Below are positions 1-8,865 of a DNA stretch of 16,471 bases, in pieces. The DNA comes from Candidatus Bathyarchaeia archaeon (GTDB taxonomy: Archaea; Thermoproteota; Bathyarchaeia; Bathyarchaeales; Bathycorpusculaceae). The stretch is taken from contig JBMFMB010000025.1 of assembly GCA_049970895.1 (NCBI GenBank), positions 320-16,790 on the forward strand. Reading direction: 5' to 3'. Below the pieces are notes generated by a model. That model searched no databases, had not been told where the DNA came from, and worked only from the letters and a program-made list of their open reading frames with translations. Position 1 is the first letter of the stretch; every line of letters begins with the position of its first letter. The position numbers and the translations under genes are program-made.

Positions 1-157
1 ACGTCGTGGAAGGCTGGAGTAAAATACCATAATAGTGCTTCTTAAGCCTGCACCTAAGCCTGAAAGCCCTGTAAATTGTTGGGTTCAGCGACAGTTTGAA
101 CCGTTTACGCTCTATAAGCCTCTTTCCAAACGCTTCAAAAGGGCCCGATTCAGCCAC
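1..157 (-). CDS. Ribbon-helix-helix-like small DNA-binding protein (3' end runs off window)
   Basis: Not in the ORF track. GTG at 157-155 follows a GGGGAGGG SD-like run and the frame is open to the window edge: MAESGPFEAFGKRLIERKRFKLSLNPTIYRAFRLRCRLKKHYYGILLQPSTT. The alternating strand RFKLSL followed by a helix resembles RHH proteins. Confidence 0.5.
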   Translation of the reverse strand, partial: MAESGPFEAFGKRLIERKRFKLSLNPTIYRAFRLRCRLKKHYYGILLQPSTT

Positions 158-173
158 CCCCTCCCCTTCGGCT

Positions 174-407
174 TCAAGGCTTTTCCCTGCGGGCTTTCGC
201 CTCCTCAATCAGCTGGTCCAACAGCCGCAGGTCCTCCTGGAACTTTGTAGCCTCGTAACTGCTCGCCAAACTGTTCATCACCTGGGCTATGTAGCCGGCA
301 AGCCGGGCTGCTTTAGCATCTCCCTTCCCAGCCCATTCACTGGCGATTTCAAAAAGCTCTTGGAGGCTCTGCATAAGCTCCCTGCGAAGCCTCTGCGTGT
401 CCACCAA
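174..407 (-). CDS. Small all-helical hypothetical protein, probably mobile-element associated
   Basis: 77 aa with amphipathic helical pattern (TQRLRRELMQSLQELFEIA...AGYIAQVMNSL...DLRLLDQLIEEAK); tightly packed and co-oriented with both neighbours. Confidence 0.7.
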   Translation of the reverse strand: MVDTQRLRRELMQSLQELFEIASEWAGKGDAKAARLAGYIAQVMNSLASSYEATKFQEDLRLLDQLIEEAKARREKP

Positions 408-447
408 TAAGCTTTTCAGCTACAACAACCTAAGCGAAACAGCATCC

Positions 448-630
448 TCAAACGACGTCATCAGCTTTGTGCCTCGCCTTAACGTGCAAATCTAAGTCCT
501 GCTTTGATGCGAAGAGCATGGTTCTGCCCTGTTCTGCGCAGAAATCGCATTTTAGAAATCCTCGGGGAATCGGCGATTCGCTGAACTGCCGATTTTCTGA
601 AGCTTTTCCCTTCGGAGAAGCTTTAAACAT
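448..630 (-). CDS. C2H2 zinc-finger protein (possibly the C-terminal remnant of a longer gene)
   Basis: CDFC-x9-F-x5-L-x2-HVKARH C2H2-like pattern; reading frame stays open upstream to about 687. Confidence 0.6.
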   Translation of the reverse strand: MFKASPKGKASENRQFSESPIPRGFLKCDFCAEQGRTMLFASKQDLDLHVKARHKADDVV

Positions 631-1008
631 GCCTATAATTGGATTGGAAATCGGCGGCCGCGTTGTGAAATGGAAAAGTAGATGATTTTAATAGTAATCT
701 TAAATTTTCTTCATTCATTTTTAACATTAAGTATAACGAACGGAGAAAGGTTAAAAGTCTCTATAGATCCGGAGAAGAAACGGATAACATACCAGAAAAT
801 GTAAAAATGAGCTAAATCCCTTCAAAGAGTCAGTCCTGAGTTTTCCTACAAGTTTAGACTTAAAACTGGGAGTTTTTATCGGTTCTGTTATGCCTTGATA
901 TTGTGCTCCATGATGAGAAGTTTAAAACTTCCACTTTTCAACAAAACTTGGAGCTTTCAAACGTTAGAAAAAACTTTTAGAGTTACTCTTATAGAAAGAA
1001 GAGTGTTT

Positions 1009-2955
1009 TTATAGCATTTTTATTATTTCCTCTTGGAGATTGCTGGGTGTTAGTTTTATTATTTTTATGTGTTTTGCGTCCGCCGCTTCGACTATGTCTT
1101 TAATGTAGTTTGGGGTGAATAAGTTTTCGGAAACATCGATTACCGCCATTTGGGCGCCCGTTCTCTTTAATTCTCCGCAGATGTCTGTTATTTCTTGTCG
1201 GATTTCTCCGCCTAAAGAAACGTTTGCTTTGCCGTCTGTTATTAGGACAACTAGTGGTTTGATGTTTTTTTGTTTCATCTTCTCCATTTTTATGATGTTT
1301 AATGTTGTGAATAGGGCATGAGGTAGAGGGGTTTTTCCTCCTGTTGGCAGTTTTCTAAGAGCCTCTTCTGCGAGTTCAATGTTGCCTGTTGGTGGGAGCA
1401 AAATTTCAGCGGTTTTTCCGCGGAAAGCTACAAAGGCAACTTTATCTCTACTGATATAAGCATTGTTGAGAAGTCCTAAAACAGCTCCTTTTGCAGCCTC
1501 CATCCTTTTTTTGGCAGCCATTGAACCGCTTGCGTCGACAACAAGAATTATTAGCGAGGAACTTTTAAATAGTCTGACCTTTTCGCGGAGGTCTTCTTCG
1601 CTAATGCTGAGTGGTGTTTGTCCGTTGCTCGCTGCCCTTGCCGCCGCAGCTCTTATGGTTGCGTCGATAGCTATGTCTATTGGTTTATCTTTAGGCATAG
1701 TGCTATAAATGTATGCTCCCTTCTTACTTCCGATAGATTTTATGCTTGATGCTTTTCCACTGGATCTGAAAATTCTTTGTTTCTTTTGCTGTTTAATGTC
1801 GATGAATATGGGAGAATTTGCGTTGAATATTTTCTCTTTAAACTGTTGGCTTGCCGTATCATGGTTGTTACGTTGACTATTTTTCTCTCCATTCACCGCT
1901 TTAGGGTTTTCTCCCGCGCTCCTTAAAAGGAGTTCTTCTAATGTTTCACGAGGAATTTGTGGTCGTTCAAAGGGTTTTTTCCTCATGCGGTGGTGTAGGG
2001 CGAGTTCCATGGCTTCTAATACGTCTTCCCCATTTACTGTTTCGCGTTCATTGAAGGCTGCGATTGTTTTGGCTGTTCGCGTTATAACTATGGGTGCCCT
2101 GTTGCTTATTGCTAGTTTTGAGCAGACATTTACAATTTTGTAGAGGGTGTCTTCTGGCACTTGGACTTTTGGCAGAATTCTCTGAGCCTTCTCAATTTTG
2201 GTTTTTAAGTCGTTTTGAGCTTGTTGATATTTGGCTATGAATCTTTCCGGGTTTGTCTCGAACTCCTCAACTCTCTTTACGATTTCAGCCTGGAGGACTG
2301 GATCGGTTATGGGTTCAACTTCAACCTGAAGCCCAAACCTGTCAAGCAATTGGGGTCTAAGCTCGCCTTCTTCAGGGTTCATTGTGCCTATGAGGATGAA
2401 GCGGCTTGGATGCGATACCGAAACGTTTTCCCTTTCAACTATGTTCACTCCACTGGCCGCCGCATCGAGCAGTATGTCGGCCACATAGTCGTCAAGCAGA
2501 TTAACTTCATCAATGTATAGTATGCCCCTGTTCGCTTCAGCAAGGAGCCCTGGATCAAGAGCCTTTATCCCTTCCTTTAACGCTTTCTCTATGTTAAGTG
2601 TCCCTGCAACTCTATCTACTGTTGCGTTAAGAGGCAGGTTTACTATCCTAACCTTTCTTTTAATCCATTCGAGCTTCTCTCCACTTTTATACCTCTCATA
2701 GCAGGAATCGCACATTTCAAGCGGGTTTTCAGGATTACAGTTAAACGGGCAGTCCTTTACGACTTTTATTTCTGGTAGAAGTTCCGCTAACGACCTAACA
2801 GCTGTCGATTTTCCTGTGCCCTTCTGTCCGCGTATCAGGACCCCGCCTATCCTTGGGTTTATAGCGTTTAACAGCAGAGCTTTCTTCATCTTTTCTTGAC
2901 CAACTATCGCAACAAAAGGAAAAGTGAATCTTATATGATGCGGCATAGTTCTCAT
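1009..2955 (-). CDS. chlD: Class I chelatase ATPase subunit, ChlI-type AAA+ domain fused to VWA domain (ChlD/ChlID-like)
   Basis: [10 protein letters not shown] start motif, Walker [10 protein letters not shown], Walker [64 protein letters not shown]. Confidence 0.92.
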   Translation of the reverse strand: MRTMPHHIRFTFPFVAIVGQEKMKKALLLNAINPRIGGVLIRGQKGTGKSTAVRSLAELLPEIKVVKDCPFNCNPENPLEMCDSCYERYKSGEKLEWIKRKVRIVNLPLNATVDRVAGTLNIEKALKEGIKALDPGLLAEANRGILYIDEVNLLDDYVADILLDAAASGVNIVERENVSVSHPSRFILIGTMNPEEGELRPQLLDRFGLQVEVEPITDPVLQAEIVKRVEEFETNPERFIAKYQQAQNDLKTKIEKAQRILPKVQVPEDTLYKIVNVCSKLAISNRAPIVITRTAKTIAAFNERETVNGEDVLEAMELALHHRMRKKPFERPQIPRETLEELLLRSAGENPKAVNGEKNSQRNNHDTASQQFKEKIFNANSPIFIDIKQQKKQRIFRSSGKASSIKSIGSKKGAYIYSTMPKDKPIDIAIDATIRAAAARAASNGQTPLSISEEDLREKVRLFKSSSLIILVVDASGSMAAKKRMEAAKGAVLGLLNNAYISRDKVAFVAFRGKTAEILLPPTGNIELAEEALRKLPTGGKTPLPHALFTTLNIIKMEKMKQKNIKPLVVLITDGKANVSLGGEIRQEITDICGELKRTGAQMAVIDVSENLFTPNYIKDIVEAADAKHIKIIKLTPSNLQEEIIKML

Positions 2956-2958
2956 CCA

Positions 2959-5900
2959 TTATTCTTCTGATTCAAGAATCTCCTCGGTCTTTAGATATTC
3001 ATCTTCAAGCCTTTCAAGGGTTTGCTTATCAGCCTTCCAATATCCACGCTTAGCTGCCTCAAGGAGTTTTCCAATGATTTTTCGAAATGCCCAAACATTT
3101 GCATCCTTTATTCTTTCCGCTCTTTCTTTGTCAAATATGAGGTTTTCAGCCACTTTGCTCCACATCCAGTCTTCGACTCCTCCGAGCGTTGCTGATAAAC
3201 CGAGCATATATTCAACCCTGTCAGCTATTTTAGTTGCCCCGTTAAAGCCGTGCTTAATCATCGCGTCCAACCATTTAGGATTAATGGTCCTCGTAACTAT
3301 GCCCCTTTTAACGGATTCGCCTGCATCCTCCACCTTTGTAGTTTCCCTAGTTGTGTCCGCCACAAGAACTAGTGGACGCTTCCCGCTTCGGCTCTCAACA
3401 GCTTTCGTTAACCCGCCTAAGAATTCATAATAATGGTCTAGATCGGTTATTTCGTAGTCCACCGTGTCCCTTATCTGCGTAACTACCTCAACATTTGACA
3501 ACAGCGAATCCAGCAGCTTTTCAGCCTCAACGCTTCGTCTTTTTTCACCATATGCAAATTTCATGCTTTCCATGTAGGCATTTACAAGTTCAGCTTCACT
3601 CTTCCACTCTGAAGACTCTATCAGCTTAGTTAAACTTGTCGCGTATAAGCCCTCAGGAGGACCAAAAATTCTAAGAGACGCGTCTTCCCCGTAAACGCTT
3701 TCCATTTTGCGGATGTTAGCCTTAACATAGTTCATTTCTTCCGGCTCCTCAAGCGTTGCTACATGTCGAACGGCCTTGTCTAGAAGTTCAACAAGGTTAT
3801 AGAATGTGTCGCGGAAAATTCCGCAGATTGTGACTACCACGTCTATTCTAGGCCTTCCAAGCTCTGAAAGCGGTATAACCGCTAAATCCCTTATGTATAT
3901 GCTTTTCCAAACGGGCTTAACGCCTAGAAGGTGAAATACAGCTGCAATGGTCTCCCCTCCAGTCTTCATGGTTTCAAAAGCCCATAACACCACGCTAACA
4001 ACCTTAGGATACTTTCCATGCTTTTTGTAAAAGTTTCTAAGGTAATCCTCAGCTATTTTTCTTCCCCTTTCCATCGCAACCTCCGTAGGTATGTTTGTAG
4101 GGTCAAGCTGGTACGTATTCCTCCCCGTTGGGTAAACTTCAGGTGTTCTGATGAAGTCCCCGCCTGGCCCCGGCTCCACAAACTTTCCCTCAAGAGCCTT
4201 TAACACTACACCGATTTCATCAGAAGATACAATTCTCCCATAAACATCTTTTAGGAAGTTAAGTGTCTTCAAAACCTCATTCATGTTCACATTATTCAGC
4301 TTAGGCGTCGAACCATTTTGGATATATTCAGTTATAAGATTCTTAACCATTTCCTCCACATCGCTCAAAACCTCAGAGTATCTTCTTCCATCATGGGACA
4401 TGTTGCGAGGTTTCTCAAGAACCTCTGCATAGTTCAGCCCCTTAGACTCTAAAATAAGTCTGTGTAAGCTTCGGATTTCACCCCTATCATATCTTGACAA
4501 GAACGTTAGGTAGGCGATAACTTCGTCCATTGATGGCTTATCTCCGAGAACATGCAACCCTTTGGGAATTATTGAGCGCTTAAAATCCTGTATTTTGTCG
4601 TAAATTTCCTCAACACTTGATCCTAACCCGTACTTTTGCGCTTTCTCCAAAACTCTTCTCGCAACCTCATATGCCCTATCTTTGCCATATTGTAGAGAGT
4701 CAAAATACTCGATTGTAAGCCTCTCTAACTCCTCAAATTCCCCGTATAACCCGCTGGTCACCATGGGCGGACTGGCATGGTTTATTATTGTGGCGTAGCT
4801 GCGTCTTTTTGCTATTGAGGACTCTGAAGAATTAACCGCGTGGTAAACGTAAATGTTTGGAATGTCGGCTATCAGAATGTCTGGGAAGCAGTCTGATGAA
4901 AGGCCAACTTCTTTTCCGGGTAGAAACTCCAGTGTGCCATGTGTTCCAAGATGGATGATGGCGTCTGCTCCAAATTCGTCTTTAACCCAACCGTAGAAGG
5001 CGACATATTGATGGTGTGGAGGCAAATCCTTATCGTGATAAATTTTGGAGGCGTCTTCATGGACACCTCGAGAAGGTTGAAGACCGACGAAGACGTTTCC
5101 AAAAATTACGCCAGGAATTATTAGAGATGACTCATACACCATTATGTCTCCAGGAGGAGGCCCCCATTCCCTTAGTATGGCGTTTCTGGGTTTCTCAGGA
5201 AATCCTTCCAATATTTTATAATATTTTTCTAGAGACATTTTGATCATTTCATCGAGTTTTGTAGGAGTTTGTATCCATTCTCCAGAATTAACAAGCCCCC
5301 TTGTGATGAAGATATCCTTCAGATCTTTGCCTGATGGCGTATCTGTTACATGGTATCCTTTTTCTTTCATTGCCTTCAAAAGCCTTGATAAGCTTTCAAA
5401 GACGTCCAGGTTGGCCGCTTTTCCAATGTTCTCTTCTCCAGGAGGGTAGTTGTAAAGGATTATCGCTATCCTTTTTTGACTGTTTGGTTTTCTTCTGAGG
5501 TTGACCCATTTTGCGGCTCTCTGCGCTAGCTTTTCAACACGATCTTCGATAGCAACATATTCCTCAAGCTTTACGCCCTCGGTCATTTTCTTTTTGACTG
5601 CATGGGTCACCACCGGCTCGTTTCTGCCGTCCAGCTCGGGCAGAATAACCGTTGTGACCACCTCTACTGGGGGTAAACCGTGCTTTGACTCAAACCATTC
5701 ATCCACAGTATTTGAAGATAGATGCACGCCATGCAGAGCAGGAACATTCAACCTCAAAAGCAATTCTTTAGTTGTATCGTGGTCCCCGCCGATAGGTCCT
5801 CCCGCAAGCCTAAACCATAATAAATCGATGAAAGCTTCAACAATGGGCTTTCCATCAAGAAACATGAACTTTTCTATTGCAAGATAATACCTTAAATCTG

Positions 5901-6705
5901 AGCAGAATATTGGAACGGCGCCCAAACCAAGCTCTTCAAGTTTTTCTGTTAAAAGTTTTGCCGCAGGATATGATTGATCATAATGATAACCGCCGTAGAA
6001 GAGTATGGCAACCAATGGGCGATCGCTGAACTCATACGATTGCAAGTAACGCCTTACGTCAGTATAGATTTCCTCGGTCTTGAAGTTTTTAATCCCCATC
6101 GAAGGCATAACCACAGGTTCAGGAACATCGACGTCAATCCTTGCCTTGCAATACTCTTTCAACAATAAAAGAAGCATCGCGTAATAGTTCTGAAATGACG
6201 GCATGTCATAATATTTAAGAAGTAGACTGTAGTTTCTGGCGTGTTTAAGCATTCCTGCAGGCAATGCCCCGCCAAGTTTTTCAAACCTTTCACGCATTTT
6301 CAGGATTGTTCCATAATCTACCTTGCTTTTCTTGAAAATCCATCTAAACAGAGGTTTCTCTTTCAGACCCGCAAACCTACTTAAAGAGAAACTTCCAAGC
6401 CTTGTAAGATTGATTATTTCTGGAGAGCCCCCGACAAAAACAACAACCGTATTTTTTAAACCTTTAAGCTCCTCGCAAATTATTTTGCTCACAGCATCGC
6501 CGCCCCTAACATCTAGCAAAACCACTGAAGAGCTCCTCAGATCCTCAACAAATTTTTGAGCGTCAACAAGTCCACCGTCAACATCATATGTATTGTAAAA
6601 TCTGAAATCAAGAACCCCTCCCAAGACCTCATTAACCTTTCTAACGGCATCCAGAAGACATGGTCTAAACTGATAACCAACCATAACGATTTTGTGCCTA
6701 ACCAT
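2959..6705 (-). CDS. CobN/magnesium chelatase subunit H family protein (ChlH/BchH-like)
   Basis: 1248 aa with ILPELDG, YNYPPG, GNVFVGLQP, PPHHQY, HLGTHGTLEFLPGKE, AKRRSYA, PTGRN, LGRPRIDV, CGIFRD, DLDHYYE and NPKW...GFNG motifs. Confidence 0.95.
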   Translation of the reverse strand: MVRHKIVMVGYQFRPCLLDAVRKVNEVLGGVLDFRFYNTYDVDGGLVDAQKFVEDLRSSSVVLLDVRGGDAVSKIICEELKGLKNTVVVFVGGSPEIINLTRLGSFSLSRFAGLKEKPLFRWIFKKSKVDYGTILKMRERFEKLGGALPAGMLKHARNYSLLLKYYDMPSFQNYYAMLLLLLKEYCKARIDVDVPEPVVMPSMGIKNFKTEEIYTDVRRYLQSYEFSDRPLVAILFYGGYHYDQSYPAAKLLTEKLEELGLGAVPIFCSDLRYYLAIEKFMFLDGKPIVEAFIDLLWFRLAGGPIGGDHDTTKELLLRLNVPALHGVHLSSNTVDEWFESKHGLPPVEVVTTVILPELDGRNEPVVTHAVKKKMTEGVKLEEYVAIEDRVEKLAQRAAKWVNLRRKPNSQKRIAIILYNYPPGEENIGKAANLDVFESLSRLLKAMKEKGYHVTDTPSGKDLKDIFITRGLVNSGEWIQTPTKLDEMIKMSLEKYYKILEGFPEKPRNAILREWGPPPGDIMVYESSLIIPGVIFGNVFVGLQPSRGVHEDASKIYHDKDLPPHHQYVAFYGWVKDEFGADAIIHLGTHGTLEFLPGKEVGLSSDCFPDILIADIPNIYVYHAVNSSESSIAKRRSYATIINHASPPMVTSGLYGEFEELERLTIEYFDSLQYGKDRAYEVARRVLEKAQKYGLGSSVEEIYDKIQDFKRSIIPKGLHVLGDKPSMDEVIAYLTFLSRYDRGEIRSLHRLILESKGLNYAEVLEKPRNMSHDGRRYSEVLSDVEEMVKNLITEYIQNGSTPKLNNVNMNEVLKTLNFLKDVYGRIVSSDEIGVVLKALEGKFVEPGPGGDFIRTPEVYPTGRNTYQLDPTNIPTEVAMERGRKIAEDYLRNFYKKHGKYPKVVSVVLWAFETMKTGGETIAAVFHLLGVKPVWKSIYIRDLAVIPLSELGRPRIDVVVTICGIFRDTFYNLVELLDKAVRHVATLEEPEEMNYVKANIRKMESVYGEDASLRIFGPPEGLYATSLTKLIESSEWKSEAELVNAYMESMKFAYGEKRRSVEAEKLLDSLLSNVEVVTQIRDTVDYEITDLDHYYEFLGGLTKAVESRSGKRPLVLVADTTRETTKVEDAGESVKRGIVTRTINPKWLDAMIKHGFNGATKIADRVEYMLGLSATLGGVEDWMWSKVAENLIFDKERAERIKDANVWAFRKIIGKLLEAAKRGYWKADKQTLERLEDEYLKTEEILESEE

Positions 6706-6709
6706 ATGC

Positions 6710-7216
6710 TCACCCTAGAGCAATCTTCCGCAGTGTCTGCCTATACTTTAACGCGAGCAAACTGCCAGGAACGGTCAATAATGTACTTGGTATACCTACA
6801 ACTATGAACCAAATCCACCAAGAAGTAAAAGGTAAACCGAAAAAAGTGTAAAGCGCGAATATCACAATCATCGTCCCATAAAATGACAACATACCGGATG
6901 TGACAACGCATTTTTTACAACACAATTTATGATGACTTAGAAAGAAATATAAGTCAAAAATCCCACCGCGGACAAGATGCACAACAGGCGAGAGAGGTGA
7001 GCCGAATATAAAGCCGTTTATTATTCCCACCAATAGCCCAATTACTGTTGGAACTCCCAGCTTATCCGTTATGCCATAAGACGTTAAGTAGAGGAAAGTA
7101 ACCACTATTGCCCCTATTGTAGGATGGCCAACCCACGCAATCATGTGAGCGAAAGCGCTGCAAACAGATATAATCGCAACGAACACTACAATTACAGCGA
7201 TGTATCTGGAATTCAT
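6710..7216 (-). CDS. Integral membrane protein, ECF S-component-like
   Basis: 168 aa with about 5-6 hydrophobic segments; K-x-G-x-x-T-x-x-G-L-x-x-G and G-x-x-x-DL patterns as seen in ECF S components; HHKLCCKKC loop; stop codon 4 nt before the chelatase ATG, overlapping a GGGTGA SD. Confidence 0.6.
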   Translation of the reverse strand: MNSRYIAVIVVFVAIISVCSAFAHMIAWVGHPTIGAIVVTFLYLTSYGITDKLGVPTVIGLLVGIINGFIFGSPLSPVVHLVRGGIFDLYFFLSHHKLCCKKCVVTSGMLSFYGTMIVIFALYTFFGLPFTSWWIWFIVVGIPSTLLTVPGSLLALKYRQTLRKIALG

Positions 7217-7226
7217 TTACATAAAG

Positions 7227-7275
7227 GTATTGCAAGTAAATATATAAGTATTACGAAAGTAAAAAAAAGTATTAC
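7227..7275 (-). promoter_or_regulatory. TATA box (7240-7247) flanked by three GTATTRC boxes; putative repressor operator
   Basis: GTATTGC 7227-7233, GTATTAC 7248-7254, GTATTAC 7269-7275. The minus-strand TTATATAT lies 24-31 nt upstream of the ATG at 7216, suggesting a leaderless mRNA. Confidence 0.75.
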
Positions 7276-7498
7276 AAAACTATTAAAGCCTCACTCGTAG
7301 GCGCTGATTCATGCATGACGAGACATTAACATTGTTAGATTCTTCCGGAGAAAATAAAATTCTTTAATACAATCACCAGTTGAACTTGCTTTTTGCTGGA
7401 ATCATAAATTGTTCTCTTAGTCGCTGTTAACGCAGATTTGAAGTCATGTTCTATACACCACGTTACTAATAAAAAAGGCGTAAAGTAGAGTTAAGTTC

Positions 7499-7918
7499 TT
7501 AGATGGCAAGTAGCAAAACGCCTGTGAAGATTAGCGTTCCAGCTAGGGCGGTTTTGAGGGTTATTTTTTCGCCTAGGATTAATGCGGATAATATTAGCAC
7601 AAATAGTAGGCTTGCTCTGTCTACTGGTGCAACTTTTGAAGCGTCAGCCATTTTTAGGGCGGCAAAGTATAGTAGCCATGATATGGCGCCAACCACTCCA
7701 GAAAGTACAATGTAAATCATGTCGCGGCTTGTTAGCTGTGTTAATTGGGGGCCCTTGCCCATGGCTACTACAAAGCCAACTATGAAAACGACCATAACGA
7801 TGGCTCTCACAGCGGTAGCAACGTTAGAGTCGACACCTTGAAGCCCAATCTTTGCGAAAATTGCAACCATCGCCGCGAAAAACGCGTCCAAAACAGCCAA
7901 AATAAACCAATCCACCAT
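7499..7918 (-). CDS. EamA/DMT family transporter (single domain)
   Basis: AIFAKIGLQGVDSNVATAVR, LSG..GAISWLLYFAALK, ASKVAPVDR, LILGEKIT; 5 TM segments. Confidence 0.93.
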   Translation of the reverse strand: MVDWFILAVLDAFFAAMVAIFAKIGLQGVDSNVATAVRAIVMVVFIVGFVVAMGKGPQLTQLTSRDMIYIVLSGVVGAISWLLYFAALKMADASKVAPVDRASLLFVLILSALILGEKITLKTALAGTLIFTGVLLLAI

Positions 7919-8160
7919 TAACCACCAAATCCTAAATTGCGCTGTAACAGTATATTACTCTTAACAAGCTTTGCAGGAAAGCAGCAAGACTTATTACAGC
8001 GTAATGTAAGGCATGAAAGTTGGTTTGCCGTTTTGTTTGATCTTACAAAGACACAACAGTCTTCAGATTATGTAGATATTTGGTAGCATTGGAAAACTCT
8101 AAATTGAGGTGTTATTATAAATTTGTTGCTTTGCATCGCGTTTGTTGAAGGTGTTAGCGA

Positions 8161-8865
8161 TTGGAGAATGTCATTTTGAGAGTTGAAGGTTTAAGTGTAA
8201 GGTTGAATGGGGAGGATGTGCTAATGGATTTGTCTTTTAACGTATATGAAGGGGAGGTTTTGGCGATTTTGGGGCCGAATGGTGCGGGGAAAACAACTTT
8301 GTTGAAAGCGTTGCTTGGCATAGTGCCATATGAGGGAGTGGTTGAGTGGCGGGAGGGTGTTAAGGTTGGTTATGTTCCGCAGAGGTTGCCTTTTATTAAG
8401 GATGTGCCTTTAAGCGTTAAAGAATTTTTCCGACTAATGAATGCTTCTGAAAGGAAAACAGCGGAAATTTTGAATTCTATTGGTTTAGGCGAGGAAATTT
8501 TGGAAAGGAGAATTGGTGATTTATCATCTGGCCAGTTTCAAAGAATCTTGATAGGTTGGGCTTTAGCTTCAGATCCTAATGTTCTGCTTTTTGATGAGCC
8601 TTTGGCGGGCATTGACATTGGTGGTCAAGAGTCAGTTTATAACTTTCTTGAAAGGTTAAAGGCGGAGAAGAATTTAACGATTCTATTTGTTACTCACGAG
8701 TTATCAATAGTTTACAGGTTAGCCGACAGAGTTCTATGCTTGAACAAGAGGATGTTATGCAGTGGTGCACCAAAAGAAAAGTTAACTCCAGAGGCAATTT
8801 CAAATCTTTATGCAAGTCCGGTAAAGTTTTATCAGCATAAACATGAAGAAGGTGAAATATCGTGA
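8161..8865 (+). CDS. znuC: Metal (Zn/Mn) ABC transporter ATP-binding protein, ZnuC-like
   Basis: GPNGAGKTT, VGYVPQR, LSSGQFQR, LLFDEP, VTHEL, VLCLNK, His-containing tail YQHKHEE; TTG start after AAGGTG. Confidence 0.9.
   Translation: MENVILRVEGLSVRLNGEDVLMDLSFNVYEGEVLAILGPNGAGKTTLLKALLGIVPYEGVVEWREGVKVGYVPQRLPFIKDVPLSVKEFFRLMNASERKTAEILNSIGLGEEILERRIGDLSSGQFQRILIGWALASDPNVLLFDEPLAGIDIGGQESVYNFLERLKAEKNLTILFVTHELSIVYRLADRVLCLNKRMLCSGAPKEKLTPEAISNLYASPVKFYQHKHEEGEIS

Larger units (their letters stand above)
1..690. mobile_element. Probable edge or remnant of an integrated element (provirus or plasmid)
   Basis: Visibly GC-richer than the AT-rich 690-1000 stretch; three small co-oriented genes (ZnF, helical, RHH-like) typical of archaeal viruses and plasmids. 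No integrase or att site seen. Confidence 0.4.

Noticed and set aside
600-623. 10-bp stem hairpin AAGCTTTTCC/GGAGAAGCTT
   Set aside because: Inside a coding region and single copy; plausible by chance.
35-685. Plus-strand ORFs 35-250, 96-410 and 467-685
   Set aside because: Antisense shadows of more protein-like minus-strand genes.
909-965. ATGATGA as the C box of a C/D sRNA
   Set aside because: No CTGA D box at a suitable distance downstream.
1115-6807. Many short alternative ORFs within the chelatase genes
   Set aside because: Shadow frames of long conserved CDSs with no recognisable motifs.
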